Origin: Thalia democratica
Taxonomy: Eukaryota
Assembly: GCA_965202585.1 (NCBI GenBank)
Contig: CBDBBG010000051.1
Coordinates: forward strand, 62,001 to 125,204
Length of the DNA stretch: 63,204 bases
Direction of reading: 5' to 3'
The notes beneath the pieces are model-generated. The model ran no database searches. It was not told the origin of the DNA and saw only the letters and a list, made by a program, of their open reading frames with translations. Below are positions 47,834-63,016 of this stretch, one piece after another (within the stretch, counting starts at the first letter, position 1; each line of letters opens with the position of its first letter). The translations under genes were made by a program, and so were the position numbers.

Positions 47834-50800
47834 TTTTTGGTTAAACTTTAGAATCCGAATCTAGTCCCAGTTATCTACAAAACTAACAGAAAAGATCATA
47901 ATTTTTTTAGTAGACAAAAGTCTTTACTTTGAAACTATAAATTAAACAAAAAAAAACAGCCTATAAAAAAACCAATTATCATTAATAAATGTATAGCATG
48001 ATATACTTTTTTGAATAGAAATAAATTTTAAATGACAGAAAAACATTTACAAGTATAGTTACAAATAAGATAAAATTAACAATAAGTTCACATTGTTGTA
48101 AAAGTTACAAAAACAGCTAGTCAGAAAAAATTTAATGACAAATCCAAACATTATTTTTCAATTTGCTTTTATTAAATGATTATTCTCTGACGGAATTAAT
48201 AAAAACATGTTGAATGATTAATTCATTTTAATTTTTAATTGTTCTTTTTATGACATAACGATATTTTCTTTTGCTTTATCTGCACTTTTTTCAATTTTTA
48301 CCAATCAGTTTTGTTCTTACTGTTTTAATTTTTGTATATTATCTTTAACGTTGAATAATAAGGTTAGGTTTCTAGTCAGCGGGCAGCCTATTGTGTAACT
48401 TTTAACATAATGGTTATATTGGACATAAAATTTTGCAAGCCGCTTTATTTATGTTATTGTATGCTAACATGTAGTTTTTTGTTTAGCACTAAATCACAAA
48501 AATTTAACCATGGAATTATTACTACAGTTTGTTAGCAATTTCATTTTTACCAGCTTGTAGAAACTTATTTAATACTTTATCGACTTATTTTCTTAGTAAA
48601 AACTTTAATAATCAAAAATAGTGGCCGACCGGATCTCACTCTAAGGCTGTATGTTATCCACTTCTACTCTATGAAAAATGATTGAACTAAAAATCAGAAG
48701 TTGTCGGTCTAATTACCTTTAATCGTTAACTGTAACGTAACTAAACGTAAGAAACACTGAAATTAAATCTAAAAGGTAAGCTCTGAATCAAAATAATCTT
48801 TACAAAACATTAAAACTAATTTTGTTAAAATACACGTAATAGGTAAAATTTTTGATATAAACATATTGAATATTTATATGCATCTTGCTTCTGATATTTT
48901 TAAAAAAAAGTATTCTATATTTTCATGATAACTATAACATAGTTTAATTTAATAATTTTATGATAACTAAGATTTAGTTAATTCGAATTGTTTTTCTAAA
49001 CCAGATTTTTCCAAACTTTATTTTTCAAAACGACTTCTTTAAATAAATTCACTAAGCTATGGTCCCCTCTACTAAGATTTCTCAAAAAACTACCATTAAA
49101 AAACGGCTAAGACCTTTTTTTTTGCTCTTTATCATCAAATCCGGGATACCTAGTGTAATTAAAAACAACGTGCTTGAAAAAAAAGTCTTACCTAAGGTAG
49201 TTTTGAAACTTTCAGTATACATTCTGGAATTAATGACAAAGAGCAAAATAAGAAAAAATAAAAATATTTTAAAAGTATTTTAGACTTACACTATATATAT
49301 CAAAAAAAAATTTTGAAAATTAAACTAGGCATAAAATAAAAAAAAAATCACAAATTTCATTATATCTGAAAATCTTAATTTCAAATAAAACCCGGATCCG
49401 GCAGAATACTAATTTTATGGATTCAGTAGATAATTTACAAACAATTTTTGTAATCAAATAATTTATTCAAAACTACTGACTTTAGAATATATTATCAAAA
49501 TAAAAACTATTTAAATTAGCTTAAAAAAGTAAATAAATATTTTGTTTAAATGATAAATTTTATTTAAACAAACTCATAATAACACATTAGCATTTATTTA
49601 TCGTTAAGTATGTTATCAAAAAACTATCCAAAATATTGCGAATAAATTTATGATTAGTAATAAAAGTAACTGAAGCTTCTAATACAAGCATGAAATACTT
49701 TGCAAAAACTTATATTACAATAGCAGAACTTTATAAAAACATCAGTTACTACACATAGTATGCTATAAAACTTTTTTAATATTTAACACATTAGAAATTT
49801 GATTTGAAAAACTTAAATTCAATCCAAGAATTGAATATCTTTTAGAAGATACTTGAAAAATTTAAGTTATAAGTTTATTCATTGTATATTCCAAAAACAC
49901 TTATTCTGGTATTTAGAAAACATTTAAATCGAAAAAAGGTTAAACTAAAAGCTGTTGTTGTAGTGCAATTTTACAAAGTTTAAATATTTTAACTCAATAA
50001 TGAAATAAAAAAGGTTACATCATATTAAAGTAGAAACATTGAAATACGAAAATTAAACAAAAGTTTTTAAACTTAATTTAATAACAGTTTTCTAAATAAA
50101 CTGCATGATAAATTATGAACTCTCTAACTATAAAACTTCAGAAAATTATCATACCTTGAAACAATAAGTACCTAAACTCTCCAATAAAAGGTTGACACGA
50201 CTTGAAGAAAAACAAGTTACCATTGTTTTAGAGAAGTTAGTAAAAATACTGCTAATTAACCTTGAGTACCTAAAAATATCATTAAGATAATAAAGCTACT
50301 TAATATTTGAAAGGCAAAGATGCTTATTAAGAAACAAAACATTTCTAAAACATAAAAACAAGACTTATTTTAAAGGTCAAGAAACATTTTAAGCAAATTA
50401 AACTTAGTTTTTTTTTGTTAATTAAAACAAGCCTGAATTTTTTATTTACTCAGAAAAGTTATGTGTGGCAACCATGCTACGAGTTCTAAACGAATTTAAA
50501 TAGATGATTAATTTTTATTTAATTGAAATTGAATAACTGTTGTGTCATAAATTTGGAACCAGTAGAAAACTTATGTACTCAATAGAGCTTTGTATATCAC
50601 TCAAAATTATAGAAAGACGGTGCAAAAAAAGTTCTCTTAGTTTTTAATATTAACTTAAGTTTAAAACTTGGAAAAATGTCATGATCAAAAAAATTATCAC
50701 TTACTTCAACATGTATAAAAATATTTCTGTCAAGCTTGTTTTCAGATAAAATACTTACAAAATTTCTTCTATTAGCAAAAAAGCTTAAATTTTTTCTGAG

Positions 50801-50948
50801 AAATATACTATCATACTTGCAAAGCATTTTTTGTTTTAAACTTCTCAATCAATACGCAGGTAAAACATTAATTAAAACATACTGAATAAAATAGTAATAT
50901 GATCGTGCTAAAATGCTTGCGTTCAACATTACAACAAATCAAACATTT

Positions 50949-51520
50949 TCACGATTTAAACAAGCAGCTGAACAGTTTGGGCACCAGAACGGGCATCAAC
51001 CCGGCAACCACAGCCACGATCATGTTCTTGTGCTCCCACAAAAACCCCCTGTTGCGAGAACGCCACTTTTCATGCACTTCCGCCATCCGCTCGCGACTCC
51101 TCCTGCTGATGTTCAGGCACGGCTCCACCTCCTCCAAACCGCACTCTCCGAGCAGGGAAATCCCCGACAGCCCCATGTAGCTGTGGAGGGGGTCGGCGTG
51201 GACCTGCGGCCACTTGCCCATCCCCCCGGTCAGCGGGTCCTGGGTGGAGAGGACAAAGTGGACGGCTTCTTCCTTGGACACCGCGTCGAGGTGGCCGACA
51301 ATCTTCAGGGTGGATCCGATCCAGAAGGTGTAGCAGGTGTCGTCGTCCTTGTGCGGTCGGCCGTGGAACCCGCACCGCTGCCGCCACAGCAGCCAGTTGG
51401 TCAGCTTGTCCATCTTGCTTCCGCCCAGCACCTCGTCCAGCTTGCCCATCATCTTCAGCGAAGCCACCGCGCAGAACGTCGACCCGCCGTGGCTCTCGTT
51501 GCATCGTCCCTGGCCGAAAC
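50949..51520 (-). CDS. PGGT1B: GGTase-I beta, coding exon 3 (copy 2)
   Basis: Same translation as copy 1, offset +27842. Confidence 0.95.
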
Positions 51521-51729
51521 CTGTCGTTTGAAAGTTGATGGGTTTTTCACATCTCGCTTGGTTTTAATACTTTTTCAAAGGTTGTATAGTTAACATGGTA
51601 TGAGAAAACGCTAGTGATTTTAAATAAAACAGCTGAAAGAATTTTTGAAGATTAAAATATATTTTCAAATTTTTATTGTTACATTATTATACGTTTTACT
51701 TTGTTCATATGTTATTCTACAACACTAAC

Positions 51730-51926
51730 CTCCGTCGTAGGAGAAACTGCTCGCGATGAACTCACACGCTTTTGTGACGTCGACGCACGAGAAGTCGTTG
51801 AGTATGGTGCACACGCACATGGCGCAGTACATGAACCTCATGTCCCTCTCGCCATTTTCCACGCACATCTCCTTGAAACCACCGTCTTCCAGCTGGAGGG
51901 CTCTGATGCCTTCCAAGCAGCCTTTT
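51730..51926 (-). CDS. PGGT1B: GGTase-I beta, coding exon 2 (copy 2)
   Basis: Same translation as copy 1, offset +27842. Confidence 0.95.
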
Positions 51927-53619
51927 CTGTTGATGAGTCAGTTGCTTGTTGCGTTAAGAAAAGAAATTGCTGTTTAGCACGTTTTGGTTTATTTTTTCTC
52001 AAAATAAGCGCTTGTGTTTATGTCAGTTTTGTTATACTTTCATTGCCTTGTATAAACACCACTATTGGTATCTTAAAAGTGCATACATCCATGTAGTTTA
52101 TATTATTGAAGTTTGTGATTTAGTTAAAATTTAAGTGAAAATTAAAATGAGTCAATAGATAGAGATCTTTTTAAATATACACTTTATTGCCAATGATGTC
52201 ATTAAAACAGAGAAATTCAAGTCTTGATGCTAACAAGTTTTACATCAGTGACTTTATACTTAAAGTAAAATACATTATTGACACTTAAAAAAAATACTGA
52301 GAAAGTCATGTAACTTGTTATAAATTATAAAAAGTTACTCAGTATAGTACACATTATTACACTCTTAGTTTTTTAATCAACACAACTTCTGAAGTAGTAA
52401 AACTTACTTAAGAAACTTTTTAACAGAAGTATCTAATACAGTTAAAACAAAACTTTTTATACTTAATATACGTATAACTAATATATTAACATTGAATTAC
52501 TAGTCTACATTAACGCTAACAAGTAATAGAAACAGAATCAAAACATGAAAACATTACTTTGCTGAAAAGAAAACTGCTGACTATCTTTGAATCAGTTTTG
52601 CTAAAAATAAAGAATGCTAGTATATGACAAAGGTAGCTAAAGGCTTTATGTTAAAGTTTATCTTAATATAAATTAATATATAATGATATCAAAGATTAAA
52701 TATACACCATAGCTTTACTGAGTGGAAACTTTATTTTTAATTTATTATATTTATTATAAACGAACATGTTCTATATCCTGTATATGATTATTGACTGTTA
52801 GAAAATAACACTGAAATAACTTTGAAAAATTAAAACAAATTAGTATGATTTAATTAATAGCTATAAAAGTTGACTTTTAGTACAGGCATCTTACATTTTT
52901 TTTAAACATGAATTTGCAATGTCTATAACTGAAAATCTGTTTATAAAGCTATAAAAATTCAATGTTATATAAAAATTATAATGTTATTGTAGTAGTTTAA
53001 TTAAAATAAATTAAACAAATGTTTGATTGCTTATTATGTAACCTTTGAAAAAAAGTTTTAAATATATTTTCATAATCTTTTTTTGATTGAAAACTTTTGA
53101 AGTTTTATGTTTATTAAGCAAAATGTTATGAACACAAACAAATTTTAAATCTAATTTAAACCTACTTTATAAATCACTGTAAAAATATTTTTAAATGCAG
53201 AAACTAGCGCATGTAGCAAAAAAAAAATAAATTGGTGATAATTTTAGTTCAAGAATTTTTCTTTTTAACTTGAAGAATTTTTTGATCAACTCTGAGAGTG
53301 TTTGATAATTTAAATTTTAAATAACATTTAAAATGATAACAAACCTTTTTTTAAATCAAAGTCTATCGCTGTTAGACTAAAAGTTTTCTCAAAAATAGTT
53401 AATAAGCTAGTATAAAATTTAAAAAATTTTAAAGATGCAAAACTTTACTAAATTTGTCTCCATAATATTTATCAAATTTATAAGAAAAGGTAATCAGACA
53501 TTGTCAAACACAACTAATCAACTCTTATCAAATTATATAAAAAAAAAACAGTTCAATTAATCAACTAAACAAATCTTATAGTACTTAAGATTTAGAAAGG
53601 ACAAAAAAAAAGTACAAAC

Positions 53620-53978
53620 CTGTCAACTCTTGACAAGTCATCCCCCAATATCAGCAATATCGACAGGGCGCAGTAAGTCATGGCAACGTGGGACGTGTTG
53701 TTTCCATTATCACACGCCCCATTAGAATCCCCTCCCATGAAACCGCACCTGTGCAAGTTGTCCCCGCTCTCATTGGATACTATCTGCAGCGAGTATATCC
53801 AATCGACAAGCTCTTCCTGATCTTTCAACACGTGGAGGGAATCCAACACGTCCAATGCCGACACGCAGAAGAAAATGATGGTGAGGCGTTGCGAGTCGAG
53901 CACACACATCTGGCTGGGCAGGGTGTTGAGGACCCGCGTGAAGTACTTGACGTGCTTCTCCTTGTAGAAATCACTCAT
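53620..53978 (-). CDS. PGGT1B: GGTase-I beta, coding exon 1 (copy 2)
   Basis: Same translation as copy 1 in the ORF track, offset +27842. Confidence 0.95.
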
Positions 53979-55488
53979 GTGTTCGTTTTAATTTAAATTT
54001 TGCAATAATCTGTATGCAAAAGGTAGAAGTAGAATTTGATATAAGATTTTTTAAAGAGAATATTATACTTAGTAAAAGTAGAAAAAAATCCCATGACCTC
54101 AAAATTTACTACTTAACCTATCAAACTAAAGAATACAATGCTTTATCATTTTTTGTTAACTTTTAACATTTTCTTTTTAGTAAACTGATTAGTCTATATT
54201 TGCAACATGGATATTTTGTTTAGAAGATAAGACTTAACATAATTGTTCTCAGTAAAACCTGGGTAAAAATAAAAAGCAGATGTATGTAAGTGAACTACTA
54301 TATCTATTTCCAAGTATAAGTATATTTTTCATTTTTAGAAAAAAAAAACTATTTTGTTGAGATATGAAGTAAAATTATTTGAAATATCTTCATCAGTCAA
54401 CTTACTAAGTGAAAATAACAATGGTATATGTTCAAGTACAAGTATATATAAATTGTGGAAAGCCTCAAGCTATCACTTGTATAACTTTATTATGTTGTTA
54501 ACTATTTGACTTTTGAGGGTATCACTTTGCTAAAAATTAAATGTTGAGGAAAATGTGCAGGTTTAATACTATAATGTAAAAGTCTTAAAAATGTTGTACA
54601 CAAACTTTGAAACAAGAGTCTGGGTTAGTTTAGTTGATTCACCTAGCCAAAAAAAAATTGTTATGATCAAAAGTGGTAACACTTTTTTAAGTAAACACTT
54701 TTCAAAAAAATAGAAATAACTGTATGATGTGTAATTGTCTGAAACTGCTTGCAATATTTGCTTGTAAAAAGAGCTGTTAATTACAACTTCATAGTTGAAA
54801 TATTTTTGGTTTTAATACAGATAAAGCATAAGTTAAAAACAAAAAATACATTGTGTAAGATGAATAGAATTTACTAATTTATAATACAATAGATTAAGTT
54901 AAAAAAATTCAGGACCAAGTAAAATAAATGACCCAAACTTTTGACAAGTTAAAAAATGACCTCGAAAGTGTCATTAAGTAAAAATAATGATCCCAGATAT
55001 ATTTTTACAACAAAAATTAACTATTTTCAATTAATTTTCACTTTGGTCACTTTTGCAACAATAAAAATTTTGCAGGAATAAAAATAAAAACTTATCAAAA
55101 AATACCAACCAAGGATGAGGGTTAAGGGTAACAGTAATAATAAAAAAATATCGACCAAAAGTAAGGGGTAACAATGATAGTTAAAAAATAGTGATATTAA
55201 ATATGTATACACTTATAATATAAATAATAATTTTTAATTACTGACCAAGTGTAAGGGTTATGGGTAACAATGATAATTAAAGAATTAAGTAAAAATAATG
55301 AACCCAAAAATTGAACAAGTAAATAATATGTCCCTAGAAAAATTTGGATTGAGTAAAAATAATGACCCAAAAGTCATTTATTTTACTTGATTTCAAAAAC
55401 AAAAACAATAGTAAAATCCAACAGACAGATATTTCAACTTGTTGTATGGACATGTGATAAAATAAAATAAATTTAAAAGATCACTTAC

Positions 55489-55666
55489 AAACTTTCTTGT
55501 ATGAACTTGAGTCCCTCACTCCTATACCTCAACTCAGTTTCAGAAGGAATTCCATCTTCAAAACTAGATGTTTTCTTCAGACCAGCCTTCTCCTAATACC
55601 AAATAGGCTTGCTCAGTTTATAGAAGGTTTTTTGGTGATGACATTAAGTTGGTTTTAATATATTTT
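55489..55666 (-). pseudogene. CCNK: Cyclin K-like N-terminal exon, disabled (copy 2)
   Basis: Same sequence and same lesions, offset +27842. Confidence 0.82.
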
Positions 55667-57018
55667 CTGTTAGAAGTTTAATAATTTGTAATACTAAGCT
55701 TTTACTTGTGTTGGGTATCTTGATAAAAATTTTCTTTTTATATAAATTAGTTTGTCTGTTTGTACTTAAAAGAATTTATAATTAGTTGTATGGTTTGAAA
55801 GTTTCAATGAGTTTAAAGATAAATTTAAGTTAATATAAATGAAACATTTTAGACCTCACAGCTCACAAGTAGTTAATGTTCATAACTTTTCAAAAACAGA
55901 CTAAGTTCTAAGACATAATTAGTCTAGCAACATAAAAAGTTTTTACAGCAGTATTATATCAGCACTTATTTAATTAAATAAACCAAATAAATGAGTTATG
56001 AAAAATTTAAACCGATAATATTTGTGGCTTAAAACTGAACTTGAACAATTTCAGAAATATCTTAATATAATGATGGCACAATCATTCATGAATATTTTGA
56101 TAATTGTGTCTTTATTTAGCATTCACTCACTATGAACAATGTGGCTTTTTATTTTCTACCTGCTTCAAAAAGTTGTTATATCAGTGACTACAAAAACTCA
56201 GTAGTTTTGGCAAATATGGCAAAACGATTGAAACTAAATTATAACTAAAATGAGTTTGCAAAAGTAAAGTGTAATGATATTACCTGATGAAAATAAAGGC
56301 TTTAAGCTAAATATAATTAATCTTATGCAAATTGTTAAGTAATAAACATGTTTAAAGAAAATAGAAAAAAAAAAATTGTAAAATTTAGAGTTGAGAACTT
56401 AGTTTATACTTTTTTATGAAGTTGTCAATGTAGTTTATATGAGCACAATGAATTACTGTAGCTTAAATATTAAACAATACGTTCAACCAATTATCTTTAC
56501 TGCAGTAAAAAATGTAGAAATTAAGAAAAACTTCAAAAGAACAAACTGAAATGAAAATAAAATATAAACAATTTATTTTTTACCAAAAAAAAAAGTATCT
56601 AAGGTTTAACATTATGTAAAATAAAAAGTATTTAGTGATCGAAAAAGCTAAAAACCACCCTGCTGTGCTAAGATAGTGTTTCAATTTGTAGTTTTTATGA
56701 ATTTTGTAAAATCTTACATTTTAATGTGACATCACAACTAAATAGTGTTTTGCAAAATTATTTTTTTCAATGAATATTCATTTGAGAAAAGCACTTGTAG
56801 TAAAAACAGCTCTAGATGCTGTAAGTGTAAAGTAACTCTAAATCTTTTTTTTTCTTTTTTATACTGTCTATGTGAGCTACTTAAGCAAACTCTATTTGAT
56901 TGTCAATATTCTTGAAGATAAAACTTGATAGTTGTGGCTCATTTTATCTTCTAAAAATCTTATGTTTGTACATTGTGTGAGTAAGTTTAAGAAAGCATTT
57001 GACCTAGTTTGGGAACCA

Positions 57019-57564
57019 ACAGTCTTGAAAGTTTATGTTGATAATCTATACTATTTCTCATGCAAATTCTTTAAAAAATGTTTTTAATTTATCTTCTAAT
57101 TCATCATATAATGCATTCATTGTACTTACAGTCTTGAAAGTTTATGTTGATAAAATATACTATCTCTCATGCAAATTCTTTGAAAAAAGTCTTTATTTTA
57201 TCTTCTAATTCATCATATAATGCATTCATTGTACTTACAGTCTTGAAAGTTTATGTTGATAATCTATACTATTTCTCATGCAAATTCATTGAAAAAGTCT
57301 TTATTTTATCTTCTTATTCATCATATAATGCATTCATTGTACTTACAGTCTTGAAAGTTTATGTTGATAACATATACTATCTCTCATGCAAATTCTTTGA
57401 AAAAAGTCTTTATTTTATCTTTTAATTCATCATATAATGCATTCATTGTACTTACAGTCTTGAAAGTTTATGTTGATAATATATACTATTTCTCATGCAA
57501 ATTCTTTGAAAAAATTCTTTATTTTATCTTTTAATTCATCATATAATGCACTCATTATACTTAC
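57019..57564. repeat. 109-bp minisatellite, unit copy 3
   Basis: 1335-1880 plus 55684. Confidence 0.95.
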
Positions 57565-60311
57565 ATGATGCTATAAAAAAATCATCAAGAGGCTTTAAAA
57601 ACTTGCATCTCAGTCTTTGAAATCTTTAAAACATCATTGTAAAGTGAACTGAGTAGAAAAAATTTAAAAGAATTCTTTTGAAAATCTTTTGAACTTCTGT
57701 AAAATTTTAAAACTTCTAGGTTGTTTCAAATCCTTTGTCTTTATAAGTTGTAACTGTAGCTTTCTCCTCCATGTTGGGTTTAGGCAATGGATCACACTTT
57801 TTTGGATTCTGATTGAAGATTAGTACCTACTACAGCAGCTGTTGAGGTTAGTTTGTTTAATAGTTAATCAGGTTGTTTTAATTTGTGCAAAACTTAGTAT
57901 TTTTTGCTAGGGTTACCAGTCAGACTATTGAATATCAAAGTTAAGGATTTTTGGATATTATAATAAAACTTGATATTTTGTCTCAACTTTTTACTTATTA
58001 ATATTTGAGTCCTTTTGTTACTATTAAGTTTTTGGAGTGCTCATCCTTGAATAACATAAAGCTTTAGATGTTAATTAAGTTTTGCACAAATTCAGACTAG
58101 CACTTTTATTAACAGAATGGTAATCTTGGTTTGTACCATTAACGTATATTTGTCTTGTTGGGCTTCATTCTCCTAAGATTACTTGGCTACCTCAATAAAA
58201 AGCTTAAAGAAGACTCAAAAATAAATAAAATCATTAAAAAGTAGCAACATTTGTGTTAAAATTTATGAGCTTGTATAAAGAAGTGTTGTATTCATGAATG
58301 AAGCTCAAAGAGACAGTAAGCTAAATGTAGAAGTTTATTTACAACATAAAATTCAAGTTAATTAATTTTGATTGTATTAATGTAGTTTATATATTCATAG
58401 ATTAATGATTTGTAAAAAGAAGTACTTCTTAAATTGTGCATAAAAGATAAGTAGCAAGAGTAATTATAAAACAAAGTGTTATTAGTTTCATAGATTGTTT
58501 TTTTTACAAAAGAAAACAGTTAAACCATATCAGGATTAGGTTTGCTAGTAAACAAAATGTTCCAAAATTGTAAGTTTACATTCATATATTTACAAAGCAG
58601 TTCACAGCAAGCAAAATTTAAAAGTTGTTAGTGCATATGTGTATTGGGTTTATTCTTACCTTTGTTTAATTTTTTTATTCTTCTATCACTAACTTCTTTC
58701 TCTTCTTTTATCTATCAATAATTTCTTTTGTTCATATGTTTGCACTAATAAGCTTTTGACAACAACTTGCTGTACTGTTTTTTATGTATATGACAAATTT
58801 AAAGACTAAATTTTGGGAATACTATAAATATTAGTTTAATAGAGCCATGAAGATTTTAAGTGATGTTAAATGCAGAGTATTTAAGATGCAAGTATTTGAC
58901 AAAATTTAAAATGAACTACATGCTACCAAACATATGTTATTGACACAAAGTAGTATGGTTTAACTGTTTTAGTTTGTGACAATGTATAAAAAAGATAAAT
59001 TGAAATCAGAAAATGTCTTTATTTTATATGCACAATTTAAGAAACAGACAATAAGTTGTTTTAATTCAATTGTTAGTACACTAAGCATTCAAAGTTTAAG
59101 TCTATTATTAAATATATGAAGTAAATTAAAGACTACCAGTTAGTAAATAGTAATGGTAGTAAAAGTGCATGAGAAACCTTTGTAGTTAATAGATTGGTAG
59201 ATAGTTACTTAACAATTAGCCCAACGTAACTGTCATGGAAAACTTTAGCTTATGTAAGTTACATGTAAAATGATATCCTGTAGTAGGAACAGTACAAAAC
59301 TGAAGTTAAACAAAAAAAACAAACAATTTTTTACATTATGTTCTTTGACAAAAACATATTTGTTACTGAAATCTAAATAAATTCAACCTGTTTAGTTGAA
59401 TCTTAAGTGTTTATTTATTTTTGAATAACTAAAGTTTTATACTGTTTTGAATAGATTATAAAAGTAAATCAATTTACGTAAGCAAGTTAACTGACTATTG
59501 TTTGAATATAAATAGAGTACAGTTCAATCATATAAATAGATTTGTGTATGTACACATTTAAAAAATCTGTAGTTTCATATTAATCTTTCTTTTTTTATTT
59601 GCTTTATTTTCTGTCATTGAAAAGCACACCTATCTATGAGATTGATGAACTGTTTTCTATGTACATGTAAAACATTAGGTAATTAACTAGGATAATGTAA
59701 TATCTTAAACTATATTCATTTAATTTAGGCTGTACTAAACCATAACTAAAGAATGCAATTATAACTAAGTCAATACATCTATAAGGTTTATTCTAAGAAG
59801 TACGCACCCGCATTAAGTACGCACTAAATTTTTTTATTTCACATTCCCTGTTACAAGTAAAGGTTATTTTTAAGAAGTACGCATCCACGTAAGGTACGCA
59901 CTAAATTTTTAAGCCCCCACACCCATATTTTCAAAAATGGGGAATCCCCCAAACCGAAAACATAGTGAGATTTATTGATGGAGATTATTTAAATTTATTT
60001 TTTAAGGCATTTCGCCGGCTCCGCCGGCGAAAAATTTTTCACATTTTTCCTTTTCCCTTTTTCTCCACGGCCTTACTTCTTGAAGGCCACCTTTTTCTGT
60101 CAAATGGACCGTGAGTAGCGTAACTGTCAAACAAATATGTGTTGTATTTGTACGGTCTTTATCTGTTATCTTTTACTAACCTTGAGCTTATATGATCTAA
60201 TTTATCAATGTATAACCATTAAAGGCCTGACGGTAATATCGGTTGATAGTTTATTAATTATTGACTGAGTGGTTTTGTATTGGTGAGTTTGAAAAGTAAG
60301 TTTTAGGTAGC

Positions 60312-60416
60312 GGACAAGAATTAAAAAAAAACAAAGGGCTACGGCCGGTCGATGACACGGTGCTTCGCACCTGTCATCTCTCCGGCCTGCCCTTAGTTTT
60401 TTTTTAATTCTTGTCC
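60312..60416. repeat. 105-bp fold-back inverted repeat, unit copy 3
   Basis: 4628-4732 plus 55684. Confidence 0.92.
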
Positions 60417-62671
60417 TTTAGGCCCGGTTACTCTGCTGGTCGGCACCCCTTTTAGTTATGACTTGGATGTACGAGTAAGTGTGCTAGTACTTCTAAGTCA
60501 TAACTAAACTTAGTTTTCACTTAAAGTTAAGTTATAACAGACTAATTTCAGTAAATATTTACGCCTTAATTTGTATAAATAATTTTTAAAATTACACACT
60601 AACAAAATACTGTTTTTGTACAACATACTATTTTCACTCTATCGTTGTATGAAAGATAACAAATAAAGCCTTCTACAAATTACTCATAGGCGTAAGTAGA
60701 TTACTTACTGAGTTTTAAGCGTTGTCAGTCTAAAAAGTGATGGGGCAAAATATGCTATTATTATTAGTTAATGTAATACATTGAGTTCTTAACAGTACAA
60801 ATCATATACTTTTGTAAGTAATGTTGGCAATATAGTGTGTATGTCACTTATATAGAAACTAAACAAAAGTTTTCAATTTACATAAGTAAATACTTACGTC
60901 TTAATTTGTATAAATAATCTTTAAACTTATACACTAACAAAATACTGTTTTTGTCCACAATTTTTCAAGTAATTTTGTGTTTTTTATTTTTGTGTATCAC
61001 AATTATTACGTCATAACCAGTTAGTCTCATACTGTATAGACTTAATAATCTTTACTAACACTACAGTTGTGTATTTGATTATAGTTTATTTAGTTGTGTT
61101 TTAAAATGCTCTAAACTTTCAAGTTAGCAAGAGCAACTTATTTATTTTATAAATACAGACATTAATAAGATTAGTTATATACAAATAATAAGTATTGGAT
61201 AAGGTGTATCTTAATTAAACTAATACATGTAAGTCTTAAAGTTTTATTGCTACGTAAAGGTTAAATCAAAATTACAATCAACTCTTAATACTTAATCAGT
61301 AAGTATCATCTTGTTAACTATAAATTTAAAACATTAAACTGTTTCTTTCAAGTAGTAATTGCAATTCAAATAAACATTTCGGTTAACCTTGTTGATGTTT
61401 TCAAATAAAGAAGACATTTCGTCTATGTAAAATAAAAGGTAAATTTTTTCTCTCAACTGTAGAAATACCTCGGCTTCTGCCTCACATTCTTATTATTATA
61501 CTTCTTTTTTAATATACTAGTTTTAATACAGGTCAACTTTATTCTTGTCATCAAAAATGTACTTCTAACTAAACAATGTCAAGTTCTTTGGGAATTTTAT
61601 TGTATTTAAAATCTACCTTATAAATCCTGTATAACTAATTTTATATTTATCTCCACAATAAGAACAGTTAACTAACTTCTTCTGCTATGTTTTTATCGCC
61701 GATCTTTTCTCAACATTTTTGAAATTTCTTATTTCTTTTATGACCAATATAAAGTTCAATACAATTAGGTAACTGTTCTTTAGTTCTGATTTTTTAATTT
61801 CTGCAATATCCTTGTTGAAATAAATGACTTAATCAATAAGTTATTTAGCATAATATAATAGTTTTATATCAGTACTATTTTATTAAACTTTGGTAGTTTT
61901 TTAATTTACCTATTAGTTTTATTATTAGTGAATTAGTATTTTAACTTTTAGTATAAACTCTTGATATTAATTAATTTTTCGTAAATTCTCGGTTGAATTA
62001 ATCATTTTATCATCTTGTTGAGATACTATTTTATTTTTAGTTTATTTCCTTACTGTTTCTAAGCTTGTAGGATTAGTTCTTAAACATTTTGGTTTGTTTA
62101 ATTATATTGAAGTTGCTGCAATTATATTGAAGTTAAAGCAATTTATTTCGGGGTTTTCCAAACCAATTTCTAAATTTTACCCTTGGCACGACTTAAAAAA
62201 ATAAACTCCCTTTACTGTTGAATTACCCATTTACGTTTTCAATTTCTCACTGTTTTTTGCCCCCTATAAAGGGCGATATTGTCCGCTTAAGAAAAACTCT
62301 GATCTAAACAACTTCCATTCCGTTTTCTATTACTAGCTTTTCCAACGATTGGGGTTTCAGTTTAACGTCATTAAAGTAACTGTAATTTTAATTTTTTATC
62401 TGCTACTAAAAATCCAAAAGCAATTAAATGCACTAATTTGATATTTTATTCTTTTGTAATAATGTTTTAGTCACCAATAATGATTTAAGCGCTTAAAATA
62501 GGTCCTAAAAAAGGATGAAGAGTTATTTACGCCACGCCAACTCACTTCTACTACTTTGATCTGTTTTGCTATTGTTCTTTAAGCCCCGTCACTCTGTTTG
62601 TTGGCACCCTATGACTTGGATGTACGAGTGAATGTGCTCGTACTTCTTAGCGCAACTAAACTTGATTTTAA

Positions 62672-63016
62672 CAGGGCTGCCACTTTACCTGGAAAAACCT
62701 GGAGTTTGACAATTTAGGCAAAAACCACTTAAAATAGTATGGAATTTCTAATGGTTTATATGTGTTTAGTAGTAAAATTTTGATTTTACTCAAAACATCT
62801 ATCATATAAATAGAAAAGTTTTTTCATAATAAAACTTTTTATTTGTTAAAAAACATACTTAAAGTAGCTTTACAGTATCTTTTTAATATTTCTATACTAC
62901 TTAACACAGTTTCTTACCTTAAACTTAACTTTAAACTAAAAATAGACCCAAAAATGTGTATTTTTAAAATCCTGAAAGAAATTCGAAAAACTTTTTAAAA
63001 ACGAGTGGCGACCCTG
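62672..63016. mobile_element. hAT-type MITE, unit copy 3
   Basis: 6988-7332 plus 55684. Confidence 0.75.

Larger units (their letters stand above)
27843..55684. repeat. Tandem unit, copy 2
   Basis: Same constant offset. Only 12 differences from copy 1 were spotted by eye. Confidence 0.98.
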